A stretch of DNA of 64,000 nt from a virus (lineage: Duplodnaviria > Caudoviricetes), in the IMG/VR virus record IMGVR_UViG_3300031857_000014, one strand, 5' to 3'. Numbering within the stretch: position 1 is the stretch's first letter; each line of letters opens with the position of its first letter. Both the position numbers and the translations under genes were made by a program. The notes under the pieces are model-generated. The model did no database searches. It was not told the DNA's origin and saw nothing but the letters and a program-made list of their open reading frames with translations. Shown piece by piece: positions 49,511 to 59,424 of this stretch.

Positions 49511-51343
49511 TTAAAATGTAGTCGTAGCTAAAGTTTTAACTCTAATTCTTATATCTTTATTAGGGAATCTAATTTGATAAATTTGATTAGATTTCATAAA
49601 TATAGTTGAATCTGATTGTTGAATTTCTTTAGTAATACTGTCTTTATATGATTGAGACACTTCAGCGGTTGAGTATTCTCCTCCTATATTATTAAAAACC
49701 CTTGTGTCGATGACGTTAGCAACTCCGCCAACATTTCCTATCATTTTATTCAAATCACCAACAAGTAAAGGGTCACCCATTTTTCTTTTATCTATGGAGA
49801 AATATGTAGTAATTTCTTGAATTACAGATTTAAGTATATCCGTTTGACTTTCATTTTTATCTAAAACTAAATCAATTTCTAAAGCTAAATCAATAACCTC
49901 ACCTGTCACGATATCGATATAATCGTTTAACATTCTATACTCTGTTAAGTAATTTGAAATGTTATTTTTAAGTGTATCTGAAACTATATCAGTAAGATTA
50001 CCATCTTGGTCATATGACAATAATTTAATTCTAACTTTATTGTCCTCTTCCATAACATTTACTTTAGCAGGCGCTCCGTAAGTTGATGGCATATTTTCAA
50101 TTAAAGATTTGTAATCATTTAATGTTACCGCTCTGTTCTGAGCAGCAAAATTATATGCAATCATGTTTCTCATTTCTTCAATTGTCGGTTGATCCGCACC
50201 CCCAATTGCTGGTGTTACGTTTGTAACCGTTAAAGATTGAATAACCTGAGTATTTGTGTTTGAATTAGGTCCTTGAACATTAAATTCAACGTTATCTACA
50301 CTAGTTATTACACTAACACCTAAATTACTATCCTTACCACCACCAACTCTATATTTTACGAAAACAGTTGTATTTGCTTTAGGTGTTCTACCCAATGATA
50401 AATTATTGAGATAGGTACCTAAATTAACTTTCATATTACCTTCAATAAAACTATCTAAATTTTCCATAGGGTCAACCGCACCTGAACCAAATGTCAATGA
50501 AAAGTAATTTTCGGGAGTATATTCTGTGATAAACTTATTTTCTACTTTTATGTAATCACCCGCAATAAAATTAGATGTATCTGACGCTTGAGTTGGATTT
50601 GGTACAAAAACTTTATCTTGAACTAAAGATTTAACTTCATACCACCTATTTGTTTGTGAAGTAAATTCGTTTGATGTTGGATTACCCCCGAATGATGTCC
50701 CTTCTTTATGAATAACCGAAGTGACACCTAAAACATTTTGTTCTGGTAAATACAATTTCAAGAAAGGTTTTTGGTCTAATTCTGTAATTACTCTTCTGTA
50801 TATTCTTGATACCCCGTTTACCACAGGTTCTCTTTTTACGATTGTATATGAAATTAATTTATTATTACCATCAAAATTTGGTATTTTTAATCTATTAGGT
50901 TCACCCCTACTATTAAATGGTTTTGAGAAATCAATATCTTCAATTGTTTCAAATATTTGACCTCCTCCTGAAACTTGAGCACCACTTTTTAACACACCAA
51001 GATATCTTTCATCTTCCTTATCTCCTCTAACCGGAACATTTACAGAAAAATCACACAACGCCACTGAAGGTCTGTTACCCGGTAATCTCATTCCATATGT
51101 TTTTGCAATATGAAATAGTGATTGTCTCTGTTGAGCAAAATCCAACATTGTTTCTTGCCAAACTCTGTCTATATGAAAGTGTAAATTATCCGCAACCGCA
51201 GCATTTATATCTAAAAGAACTGAATATATTGATGCGTCATTAGTATTTTTAACTAAGTCAGGATAATATTCTTTCGACATATTAACCAACTCTTGTCTTA
51301 AACCCGCAAAATCTCTAATAGCGTATGATATCTTTTTTGCCAT
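49511..51343 (-). CDS. Baseplate wedge subunit, T4 gp6 / baseplate J-like
   Basis: RDFAGLRQEL, ETMLDFAQQRQSLFHIAK, GGADQPTIEEMR, AQNRAVTLNDY motifs. Confidence 0.85.
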   Translation of the reverse strand: MAKKISYAIRDFAGLRQELVNMSKEYYPDLVKNTNDASIYSVLLDINAAVADNLHFHIDRVWQETMLDFAQQRQSLFHIAKTYGMRLPGNRPSVALCDFSVNVPVRGDKEDERYLGVLKSGAQVSGGGQIFETIEDIDFSKPFNSRGEPNRLKIPNFDGNNKLISYTIVKREPVVNGVSRIYRRVITELDQKPFLKLYLPEQNVLGVTSVIHKEGTSFGGNPTSNEFTSQTNRWYEVKSLVQDKVFVPNPTQASDTSNFIAGDYIKVENKFITEYTPENYFSLTFGSGAVDPMENLDSFIEGNMKVNLGTYLNNLSLGRTPKANTTVFVKYRVGGGKDSNLGVSVITSVDNVEFNVQGPNSNTNTQVIQSLTVTNVTPAIGGADQPTIEEMRNMIAYNFAAQNRAVTLNDYKSLIENMPSTYGAPAKVNVMEEDNKVRIKLLSYDQDGNLTDIVSDTLKNNISNYLTEYRMLNDYIDIVTGEVIDLALEIDLVLDKNESQTDILKSVIQEITTYFSIDKRKMGDPLLVGDLNKMIGNVGGVANVIDTRVFNNIGGEYSTAEVSQSYKDSITKEIQQSDSTIFMKSNQIYQIRFPNKDIRIRVKTLATTTF

Positions 51344-51344
51344 A

Positions 51345-51797
51345 TTATATGTTTATAATTATAAAATCGGATGACGCAAATGCACCGTTATTTACCGTAT
51401 AATCGATTTTAACTCTAGCGGTATACGGTTTAGCAGATGATGACGAGGCTCTAAATAATCTTGTGTCCTCATCTTCCATTGCTCCATAATCTAAATCTTC
51501 ATCATTTTCCGCTGATAATACTTCGATTGAATTAATGTCCAAATTTGGTATATACTTTCTAACCGCTTCTCTTATTTCTTCTTCTATTTGTGCGTGTGAT
51601 ATGAAATCGTTTTGTTCAAAAATATATTCATATATTCTTGTACCAAAATCAGGTAAATAATATCTGGTACCTTTTCTTGTCAGAATAAGATGTAATAAGT
51701 TAGCTCTAACTTCTCTTTCAGGTGATTCAGTTAATTTTAAAAAATCACCTTTTAAACTGTCTCTAAATGGATAATCTATACCGTATGTTACCGCCAT
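51345..51797 (-). CDS. Baseplate wedge subunit, gp25/GPW-like
   Basis: LLHLILTRKGTRYYLPDFGTRIYEYIFE motif. Confidence 0.85.
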   Translation of the reverse strand: MAVTYGIDYPFRDSLKGDFLKLTESPEREVRANLLHLILTRKGTRYYLPDFGTRIYEYIFEQNDFISHAQIEEEIREAVRKYIPNLDINSIEVLSAENDEDLDYGAMEDEDTRLFRASSSSAKPYTARVKIDYTVNNGAFASSDFIIINI

Positions 51798-51801
51798 ATC
51801 A

Positions 51802-51808
51802 ATAAATA
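51802..51808 (-). promoter_or_regulatory. Class I motif TATTTAT
   Basis: 4 nt upstream of the gp25-like ATG, heading the baseplate operon. Confidence 0.5.
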
Positions 51809-51827
51809 TAAAGAAGAATAAAATTAA

Positions 51828-52355
51828 TTATAACGAATGAGGTTTATACCCATTAAATTGACAATTCAAATATTCGGTAGAATTATCTTTTATTCCTCTC
51901 AAATATTTAAATTCTTCATTTGACCAAAATACATTTGAATTAGTAACACTTTCAAGACCATGTTCTGTTCTTTTAACTAACAATTTTTTGAAATTTTTTC
52001 TTCTTAAATCTTGAGTTATTGTCATTTTTTCACCAATCCTAATTAAACTCGGGTCAATTTTTTTAATAAAAAATCTTTCGTATTTTAAAAACAATCTAAC
52101 TTTTTTAAAAAATCTAAGTATTGGATTTTTAATTGGTGGTGAAGGTTTAAGTATTTTATGAAACAAAGGTATTAATACGGGTGGTGTTGCGTTTACCATA
52201 TATGAATAATCAATTAAATCTTGTTCTATTTCATATTCTATTGATTCAGGTTCATAATTGTTAATCACATAATTAAAATATATTTGGAATTTTGTGCACA
52301 AAAAAGGATACATTCTATCCGCATTTTTTTTACTTAAAATTTGTACTTTTTTCAT
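51828..52355 (-). CDS. Hypothetical protein
   Basis: 175-aa basic ORF between a terminator and the baseplate promoter motif. Confidence 0.55.
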   Translation of the reverse strand: MKKVQILSKKNADRMYPFLCTKFQIYFNYVINNYEPESIEYEIEQDLIDYSYMVNATPPVLIPLFHKILKPSPPIKNPILRFFKKVRLFLKYERFFIKKIDPSLIRIGEKMTITQDLRRKNFKKLLVKRTEHGLESVTNSNVFWSNEEFKYLRGIKDNSTEYLNCQFNGYKPHSL

Positions 52356-52391
52356 ACTATATTATATATAAAACTCATTTTATAGTAAATT

Positions 52392-52417
52392 AAAAAACCC
52401 ATAAATTATGGGTTTTT
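52392..52417. terminator. Intrinsic terminator after the RNR unit, possibly bidirectional
   Basis: AAAAACCCATA-AAT-TATGGGTTTTT perfect 11-bp inverted repeat. Confidence 0.7.
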
Positions 52418-52633
52418 CTTGTTTTTATTATTTTTTATATATTTTGGTTCAAAAGGGCAATGTTTACAACCATTCCCGCAGCAAAACCCTCTTTTTAAAT
52501 GAAAAAAAGAAGTCAGAACCATAAGTCCTGACTCCTTGTCGATATAGTAATCGATATTTTCTATTAGTTTATTTGATTGGACACGCACCGGTTGCACATT
52601 CTTGTAATTCCATTTCATCCTCTTTAAATTCAA
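52406..52633 (-). CDS. Small Cys-rich protein, DUF5522-like (start uncertain)
   Basis: HLKRGFCCGNGCKHCPF motif; overlaps the RNR 3' end. Confidence 0.7.
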   Translation of the reverse strand: MNLKRMKWNYKNVQPVRVQSNKLIENIDYYIDKESGLMVLTSFFHLKRGFCCGNGCKHCPFEPKYIKNNKNKKNP

Positions 52634-54479
52634 CAGAGGTTATTGGTTTGGTTTTACCAACCATATCTTCATACTGTTCTTTAGTAATCGTTTCGTATGG
52701 TGCTTGGTCAAATCCGTGTCCATAGTACAACAAGAAGGATACTGTTTTGATTTCATTTTTAAAATGTTTTCTCAAGTACTCTTTAATGTCTTCCATATCC
52801 TCTTTCTTGTAATATACGGTACAACTTACTGAATTATCAGACCACTCTGATTGCATTCTTCTAACCATGTCCATTTGTGTCTTCCAGTCATAATCAGCGG
52901 CAACTGGTGTTGTTTCAGGTAATTTACATGGGAATGAAATAACCATGGTTGATTTGTCCTCTGAACCATCAAATTTTCTTTGATATTCAATTGGGTAACC
53001 ATGTTTTCTACAAACCTCAACTAATGGTGAATGTGAAGAAATACGAACTCTTCTGATATAGTAAGGACCCGCTGGGTTCGGGTGCACGCCTGGAGTAACA
53101 CCTGCAAGTAGACTCAATGTACCACTTGGTTTAACTGTAGTTAATTTGATACTTTCAGGGAAACCTTTCTCACCTGAATACCATTTATCATACCCTCTTA
53201 ACCAAACATACGCATCTTTTAACCATGATTGTTGTTCTTCAGTTGCTTGTAGGATACCGGTCATACCAATACCCATTCTCATGTTTTTATTAACTACTGT
53301 TTCTGTTTCTTTCAATGAACAATGTAACGCCAAAGAATGTTTATTCATTCTGTATACATATGTCAGAACCTCTTTCAATTCATCATAACTATCGATATTT
53401 GGAAGATAAACTTCACCTAAACAACACGTTTCAAAATTTGCTAAAGATTGTTCTGCACAAGGGTTAAATCCTTCTACGTCAGGGTCAGGATATTGTGTTT
53501 CACCTGTTCTACCAACGCTTCTTGATAATTCCAAGTTAATTAAACCATATGGTTCTCCCTGATTGTATGTCTCCCAAAATTCATTAGGTAGTTCATCAAT
53601 ATCTTCAGGAGCGATAACTGAGTTGTTGCTCATTGCTCTCCAGTTAGGAATGGTACCTAAATCCCATCTTTTTGCTTTCAAAAACTCTAAATCATCAAAA
53701 TCACCTAATGCAATTTGTGCTGACCTTCTAACATTTCCCGCAACAACTACAGAACCAATGATGTTCATAATATCTAAACAATCAATTGGTCTTAGTTTTT
53801 TATTTGACCTACTATTTAAAATTTTATGAATTTCATTAATACCCCAACACAAATCTTCCGGACCTGAAGATGTACCGCCAAATCCTTTAATTGGTGCTCC
53901 TTTTGAACGAATACAAATAGTTGAGTAGGTGAACCCTTCTCCACCATAAAAATGAGCTTTTAATACCTTACCAAGTAATTTTACCCATCCTTCTCTACTG
54001 TCAGGAACGATGTAATCCGCATCTTTTGTGTCCTTTCTTTCAATCTTAATTTTATTTTTAAGTTTAGGTAATTGATACACATTATGTTTTTGAATATTGT
54101 ATCCAACACCGCTACCTAACATCAACATTTCAAACGCCCAAGTAAATGGTCTGATAGGTGAATTCACCACGGTAAAAGCACAATTTTGTAAAGACGGTAA
54201 ACCCAATTTATCTACCGTTTTTGTACCTAACTGCCACATAAATCTTCCTGCAGTTGAGAACTTTAATTTCATTCTTAATTCTGCATATCTTTCTTTTTCT
54301 TCCTCAGTAAAACCAACGTTTAATTGTTTATCTGATGCATCAAGTTCTCTTTGAATTACTTGCCAAAATTCTTCTGTTTTTGAATTAGGGTCATCTTCTT
54401 TTATTCTTCTTGAATAGGTTCGTTTAAATGTAATGTAACCGATTTCTCCCCATGGGACTTCGATATCTTTGAAATTCAT
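52569..54479 (-). CDS. nrdJ: Adenosylcobalamin-dependent (class II) ribonucleotide reductase, monomeric type
   Basis: LQNCAF, VRRSAQI, FNPCAEQ radical Cys, TTVKPSGTLS, C-terminal CATGAC; 636 aa, no intein. Confidence 0.9.
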   Translation of the reverse strand: MNFKDIEVPWGEIGYITFKRTYSRRIKEDDPNSKTEEFWQVIQRELDASDKQLNVGFTEEEKERYAELRMKLKFSTAGRFMWQLGTKTVDKLGLPSLQNCAFTVVNSPIRPFTWAFEMLMLGSGVGYNIQKHNVYQLPKLKNKIKIERKDTKDADYIVPDSREGWVKLLGKVLKAHFYGGEGFTYSTICIRSKGAPIKGFGGTSSGPEDLCWGINEIHKILNSRSNKKLRPIDCLDIMNIIGSVVVAGNVRRSAQIALGDFDDLEFLKAKRWDLGTIPNWRAMSNNSVIAPEDIDELPNEFWETYNQGEPYGLINLELSRSVGRTGETQYPDPDVEGFNPCAEQSLANFETCCLGEVYLPNIDSYDELKEVLTYVYRMNKHSLALHCSLKETETVVNKNMRMGIGMTGILQATEEQQSWLKDAYVWLRGYDKWYSGEKGFPESIKLTTVKPSGTLSLLAGVTPGVHPNPAGPYYIRRVRISSHSPLVEVCRKHGYPIEYQRKFDGSEDKSTMVISFPCKLPETTPVAADYDWKTQMDMVRRMQSEWSDNSVSCTVYYKKEDMEDIKEYLRKHFKNEIKTVSFLLYYGHGFDQAPYETITKEQYEDMVGKTKPITSVEFKEDEMELQECATGACPIK

Positions 54480-54549
54480 GTGTAACTTTTTTTAATTTTT
54501 TATGTATTATTTCTCATCATTTTTGGCGCCGATTTTGATTGAGGTAAAG

Positions 54550-54556
54550 ATAAATA
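54550..54556 (-). promoter_or_regulatory. Class I motif TATTTAT in the RNR leader
   Basis: 70 nt upstream of nrdJ, flanked by the 8-bp inverted repeat GATTTTGA/TCAAAATC. Confidence 0.3.
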
Positions 54557-54599
54557 CCATATATATTTTTCAAAATCCAGGTCTGTGAAAAAAAAATTT

Positions 54600-55976
54600 T
54601 TACCTTCTATTTCCTACCTGTTGTCTTTGTAAAAACGCCTCTCTAGCTCTATTTTGATTGTTCTGTTGTCTCTCTTCTTGATGACCAAGTAAGGTATTTT
54701 GAGTATCGGTGTTAATCACCAAATATTCGTTATCAAACTTACAATTTTGGAAAACAACCCCGTCTTGACCAATCCTTGACTTAAGTAGAGTTAGTGTGGC
54801 CAGTTTGTGTTCTTTTTGTTCTATCGTTTTTGCAATAGATATGATTACGTGTGCAATTTGTGCTTTTTTGATTGACCCACCCATTTGGTCTGAATTTACA
54901 ATTTCTGATGAGATTGAATTTCTGTTACCTTGAGTCGCGGTCCAAATGGCAATATTAAATTCACTAGTCATTGCTTCTAAACTTCTCATAATTGATCCTT
55001 CTCCTTTCCATTCTTCACCATCTGCCGACCTTTCAGGTGAAATACAATCAACATAATCTAAAACTAATAAATCAATTTTAAAACCATCAGAAATCATTTT
55101 TCTGATTTTAGATTTAATATCACTAACACTTATACTATCACTTGGAAATTTCAACAATCTGATATTTCCTGTTGACCTCTCTTCAGCTTCTTTTACTTTT
55201 TCTTTAACTGCATCAACATTTAATAATTGTTCATCAGGTGAAATACCTGTCCATATTGTAAAATGTTTTTGTCTAATTTGTGCGTGATTATCTTCAAAAA
55301 ATATTTGAAGAACATTGAAGTTATAATTGTAAGCGGTATTGGCAATTTTAGTAAGTAATGTTGTTTTACCTGTTCCGGTTGGTGCCAAAACAACTCCAAG
55401 TTCACCTCTACCTAAACCACCCTTCAATAAATTATCCATACCTACAATACCTGTTGGTATTGCTTCTCTTGCATTTTTTTCTAACGCTGCATCAATGTCG
55501 TGAAAAATATCAGTTGCATCATCTGAATGAATTCCGACTTGTAATGCCATTTGAATTATCTTTTCAATTTTAGAATAAGATTCAAATTCACCACTTTCAA
55601 TAATATTTGAAACTATCTTTAATTCTCTTTTTAAATTTTGTTGTTTACAGAAATTTAATGCAGTGTCTTTTACATAAGATGTTTCTAAATTTGCGTCTTT
55701 TATTATTTGAAGAGTATCTAAATGTATTTGAGAAGACTCGATATTTCCTGTCTCTGCTGTGATTTTTTGTGCAACAGTTTGATAATCAGGTATTTTATTA
55801 TATTTTGTATAATACTCTTTCAGGTTCTCCATTATGTACCTGAAAGATTGATTTTCAAAATATTTACTCTCTAGTACATCAATTATAGTTTCTCCATACT
55901 TTTTATCTTCTATTATTGCCTTAATCAAAGATTGTTGAAATGAAAAACCTAAGTACCCAAAATTTTTTTCTTGCAT
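54600..55976 (-). CDS. dnaB: Replicative DNA helicase, DnaB/gp41-like
   Basis: Walker A APTGTGKT, LVLDYVD, WTATQGNR, LLKSRIG motifs. Confidence 0.9.
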   Translation of the reverse strand: MQEKNFGYLGFSFQQSLIKAIIEDKKYGETIIDVLESKYFENQSFRYIMENLKEYYTKYNKIPDYQTVAQKITAETGNIESSQIHLDTLQIIKDANLETSYVKDTALNFCKQQNLKRELKIVSNIIESGEFESYSKIEKIIQMALQVGIHSDDATDIFHDIDAALEKNAREAIPTGIVGMDNLLKGGLGRGELGVVLAPTGTGKTTLLTKIANTAYNYNFNVLQIFFEDNHAQIRQKHFTIWTGISPDEQLLNVDAVKEKVKEAEERSTGNIRLLKFPSDSISVSDIKSKIRKMISDGFKIDLLVLDYVDCISPERSADGEEWKGEGSIMRSLEAMTSEFNIAIWTATQGNRNSISSEIVNSDQMGGSIKKAQIAHVIISIAKTIEQKEHKLATLTLLKSRIGQDGVVFQNCKFDNEYLVINTDTQNTLLGHQEERQQNNQNRAREAFLQRQQVGNRR

Positions 55977-55988
55977 ATAATAGTTTAA

Positions 55989-56420
55989 TTAAAGTTCGTA
56001 TTGTAGATATGTTGTTTCTAATTCTCTTGAAGATAAAATATCAGTTAAGTCTGAAAGAATTCTCTTCAATTTTGGTCTAATATCAACCGTATATCTTGCC
56101 TTTGGATGATACAAATAAGCCGGAAATATTCTCTGAACAAAAACTTCATCGACAATTTTAATTTCCAAAAGAAAATGGTCCACATTTTCGTCTGTGCTTT
56201 CAATAGAATGATATGAGTTTTGATTCTCACACAAATAATTTGAGCTTTTAATTTTTAAATCGTGTTCTATTTGTTCACAAACATCTTTTACATAATAATG
56301 TATATCCATTGACCTTCTGGATTTTGGGTTGTGGTCTTTTACGTTAAAATAACGTTGACAAACAATGTTTCCTCCTAATGTTAAAAGGAATTCGAATTTC
56401 GTTACTTCTTGATTACTCAT
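55989..56420 (-). CDS. Hypothetical protein in the replication operon
   Basis: 143 aa between the 5'-3' exonuclease and helicase. Confidence 0.65.
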   Translation of the reverse strand: MSNQEVTKFEFLLTLGGNIVCQRYFNVKDHNPKSRRSMDIHYYVKDVCEQIEHDLKIKSSNYLCENQNSYHSIESTDENVDHFLLEIKIVDEVFVQRIFPAYLYHPKARYTVDIRPKLKRILSDLTDILSSRELETTYLQYEL

Positions 56421-57432
56421 GATTTTTGATTTTTATTATTCTTTTATTTTTTTCTTTTCTAGTTAATCTCAGAAAAGGATTTAGAAAGTTTATCCAAGCG
56501 TCATCTGATTTTGGAAGAAGATTAAAAATTCCATCTTCCATCATCATTTTCATTGTATTTTTATATGATCTACCTTCCGGGTCAAGATTTTCACTGATTA
56601 ATAAATCAATATTTTCTTTTGCGTCTTCTGTCAATATAGGTTCATCTAAACTGACAATTTTTTTATTTAACTCAAAAAATTCCTCACCTAAAACACCATA
56701 CTTTGTAACACCTGTTATAAAATTTTTTATCAAATAATTGTTCTTATCTTGTTCAAACAATTCATTTGCTCTGTTTTTTATTTCTTCTAATGTTACTTTC
56801 TTATCTTTTATTTCAGGAAATAAAATGAACAGTTTTTTAATACCAAAATTTTTAATACCGGCAATGTTATCTGATGAATCACCACACAACATTTTTATGT
56901 GTTTTACATTTTCAATTATGACTTCTTGTTTGTCATAAATGTATACATCACCAGGTTTATATAATTTTTGATGTGAAGGATTATAAATACTTGTGGTCTC
57001 AGAGATAAGTTGAGTCAAGTCCCCATCAGAAGAATAAACAATTTTTTTCTCATTTGGTGAATTGTGTGTATAATATGCGATACAATCATCTGTCTCACAG
57101 AACTCATATTCACCTTGACGAACATAAACTTCCTCAAGATATTTTTTAATTCTATTTCTTTGATATAAATAGGAACTTAACTCTTCCTCACTTTTAATTC
57201 TTTTCCTTCTGTTCTCTTTATAAGGAGAATAGATAATTTTTCTTGTTCTGTATGATTCTTCACCGTCCCAAAAGACAACAATTTTATCTAAATGGTATGC
57301 TTCAAAACTTCTTCTAAGAGTATTAAGGAAATGATAGATTCCTCCAATGTGTTGCCCCTTATAGAAGTAATTCTTGAGACCAAAAAAACCGATTGTAAGT
57401 AAATTGTCACCATCAACAAGTAAAACCGACAT
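56413..57432 (-). CDS. 5'-3' exonuclease (T4 RNase H / PolA 5' nuclease family)
   Basis: LLVDGDNL, VVFWDG, YKENR, ETDDCIA, SSDGDLTQL, GDSSDNIAGIK H3TH motif. Confidence 0.88.
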   Translation of the reverse strand: MSVLLVDGDNLLTIGFFGLKNYFYKGQHIGGIYHFLNTLRRSFEAYHLDKIVVFWDGEESYRTRKIIYSPYKENRRKRIKSEEELSSYLYQRNRIKKYLEEVYVRQGEYEFCETDDCIAYYTHNSPNEKKIVYSSDGDLTQLISETTSIYNPSHQKLYKPGDVYIYDKQEVIIENVKHIKMLCGDSSDNIAGIKNFGIKKLFILFPEIKDKKVTLEEIKNRANELFEQDKNNYLIKNFITGVTKYGVLGEEFFELNKKIVSLDEPILTEDAKENIDLLISENLDPEGRSYKNTMKMMMEDGIFNLLPKSDDAWINFLNPFLRLTRKEKNKRIIKIKNHE

Positions 57433-57459
57433 TAACCATTTTATTAAAGTTAAAAAATA

Positions 57460-58476
57460 CTATTCGTCTATTTCAGGTTCAGTTGATTCACTAAGTTGAA
57501 TTTCACCTGTACCTTGTAAAATACCATTCCAATAATCAGAATATTTTTTCTTGTATTCTTCAAGTGCTTCCTTAGTATCGGAAATGTAACCTTGAGGTAC
57601 CGCAATTATCTTACCATCTTTATACTGTAAACCATTAACATGGTTTTTCAGTATTGAAATCTTTGTTCTAATTGCGTAAGAAATATCTCTACCGCCTTTG
57701 GTTGCCTTGATATGACTAATACCTGATTTTCTTTGATTACCAAACAAGAAAACAATAGATGATGCCAACCACAATGCTTCTCCACCTTTTGCTTTAATTT
57801 CAGGTTGTCCAAATGGATTATCAGGTAAATCAACCCAGGGTTGGTTAACAACAACTAATGTATTAATTAGTGGATATTCCGGACTTGGATAATCTTCTTT
57901 TTTTGATTTAGAAATTCTTGAATGAATTCCCATACCAATTTTATCAGATAGTGCAGATGCGTTATGCATTTTACCACCCTTACCTTCAAATGTCATTTTA
58001 CAAGGAATTGAACCAACAGAATCCCACAAGAACAACAAAGATTTTTTAATCTTACCTTTTTCTTGACCATCTAAAATGTTATTAATAAAATCAGTTGCTT
58101 GTTCAATATATTCAAATGTATCATTGAAGATAAAATTACCATGCCACTCACCATCTTCATCTTGTTCTGCTTGTAATCCAAGTTCAACCGCGTGTTCCCA
58201 ACTCCATTTTTTTTCTGTAATAATAAACACAGGTAGATGTCCTCTCTTTTGTGCATCTGCAGCAGCTAAAATTAAAGCTGTTGTTTTAGAAGAGTTACTA
58301 TGACCCAAGAACATATTAATCCCACCCATTACAGGTCCCGGTAACCCACACGCTTCTAAAAACGCATCACCACAGAAATAAAAACCGGTTTCTTTATATT
58401 TTGTCTTTGATGAAAACTGCTTGATAAAATCATCGTCCCCACCTCCGAAGTCTTTTTTCTTAATTGATTTTGCCAT
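57460..58476 (-). CDS. recA: RecA/UvsX-like recombinase with variant P-loop
   Basis: P-loop GHSNSSKT, LWDSVGS Walker B, VVVNQ, KGGEALWLASS, KILKNHV motifs. Confidence 0.8.
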   Translation of the reverse strand: MAKSIKKKDFGGGDDDFIKQFSSKTKYKETGFYFCGDAFLEACGLPGPVMGGINMFLGHSNSSKTTALILAAADAQKRGHLPVFIITEKKWSWEHAVELGLQAEQDEDGEWHGNFIFNDTFEYIEQATDFINNILDGQEKGKIKKSLLFLWDSVGSIPCKMTFEGKGGKMHNASALSDKIGMGIHSRISKSKKEDYPSPEYPLINTLVVVNQPWVDLPDNPFGQPEIKAKGGEALWLASSIVFLFGNQRKSGISHIKATKGGRDISYAIRTKISILKNHVNGLQYKDGKIIAVPQGYISDTKEALEEYKKKYSDYWNGILQGTGEIQLSESTEPEIDE

Positions 58477-58496
58477 AAAAAAATTTAGTTTTAAAA

Positions 58497-58536
58497 AATA
58501 AAAAAAGATTGGGTATATATTTCAACACCCAATCTT
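58497..58536 (-). terminator. Intrinsic terminator after SSB
   Basis: AAGATTGGGT...ACCCAATCTT 10-bp stem followed on the minus strand by a T tract. Confidence 0.7.
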
Positions 58537-58548
58537 ATAAGTGTTTCC

Positions 58549-59391
58549 TTAGAAAGGAAGTTCACCATCCACTTCATCATCTACCTGTGGATCTACTACT
58601 GCTGTTTTTGTTTGACCACCTAATGTTTCTTCTGATGTTGCGTTTGAAACATATTTTTTAGTTTCAGAATCCCATCTTGGATTTTCACCTTTCGCAATCA
58701 TTTCAAGATACTCTTCAGGTTTCTTAGAATAAACGTCATTCCATGTCAATTCATCCTCAATCCACTTTTTTGAAACTTCTGTATCTGTGTGAAGAGGTCC
58801 CGCATCTTCAGGGATAATAGAGTTAATTGTTGTATACTCTTTACCTGTACCTGCTTTAGTTAAAGACAAAGACAAAATCAAATCACGACCTTTCTCAACG
58901 TCTGTAACATTTCCTTTATTTCTCCAAATAGGTGCAATTTTATCAAATACACCATCACCTTTAGCGTTGTGTTTAAATCTCCAAAATTTTGGACCATCTT
59001 GTTCGTTCTCTCTATCAATAACTTTAACGATATAATATTTACGTGAACGATAATTTCTGGCCAATTCTTTATCTGATTCTACTCCGGTCATCATAAGACC
59101 TTCATAAACCTCATTTAAAGGAGAACGCTTACCTTCTTGTGCTGGGTCATATAATTTTACCCATTTACCATCAACCTGAACTTCGTGAAACTTAACTTCT
59201 ACGAAAGGGGATGAACCATCTTTAGTGGGAAGAATACGAATTCTTCTTTCTCCACTTCCTGAACCTTTAGGAAGTAATGTTGTGAAATACTTCTTCATTC
59301 TCTCTTCTTGAGAGACTTTACTACCGTTGCCGCTTGCGGCTTGTTTGTTTTTCTCGTATTGTGCTAATACGGGATCATTAATTTCTGCCAT
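58549..59391 (-). CDS. Single-stranded DNA-binding protein, T4 gp32-like
   Basis: RIRILP, YIVKVIDR..GPKFWRF, GRDLILSL, acidic C-terminal tail ending DGELPF. Confidence 0.8.
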   Translation of the reverse strand: MAEINDPVLAQYEKNKQAASGNGSKVSQEERMKKYFTTLLPKGSGSGERRIRILPTKDGSSPFVEVKFHEVQVDGKWVKLYDPAQEGKRSPLNEVYEGLMMTGVESDKELARNYRSRKYYIVKVIDRENEQDGPKFWRFKHNAKGDGVFDKIAPIWRNKGNVTDVEKGRDLILSLSLTKAGTGKEYTTINSIIPEDAGPLHTDTEVSKKWIEDELTWNDVYSKKPEEYLEMIAKGENPRWDSETKKYVSNATSEETLGGQTKTAVVDPQVDDEVDGELPF

Positions 59392-59424
59392 GTTAAAAAA
59401 TTTAAGTTAAAAAATGTTATGTAT

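Noticed and set aside
52569-52642. Programmed frameshift fusing NrdJ to the DUF5522-like protein
   Set aside because: The second frame is open only from about 52639, no convincing slippery site or stimulator is present, and NrdJ has its own complete CATGAC terminus.
54480-54599. Cobalamin riboswitch or NrdR box upstream of nrdJ
   Set aside because: The 120-nt gap lacks B12-box sequences; ATACCATATATATTTT only partly matches the NrdR palindrome.
52569-58476. Inteins or introns in RNR, helicase or RecA
   Set aside because: Lengths are normal, ORFs are continuous, and no splicing or homing-endonuclease motifs were seen.
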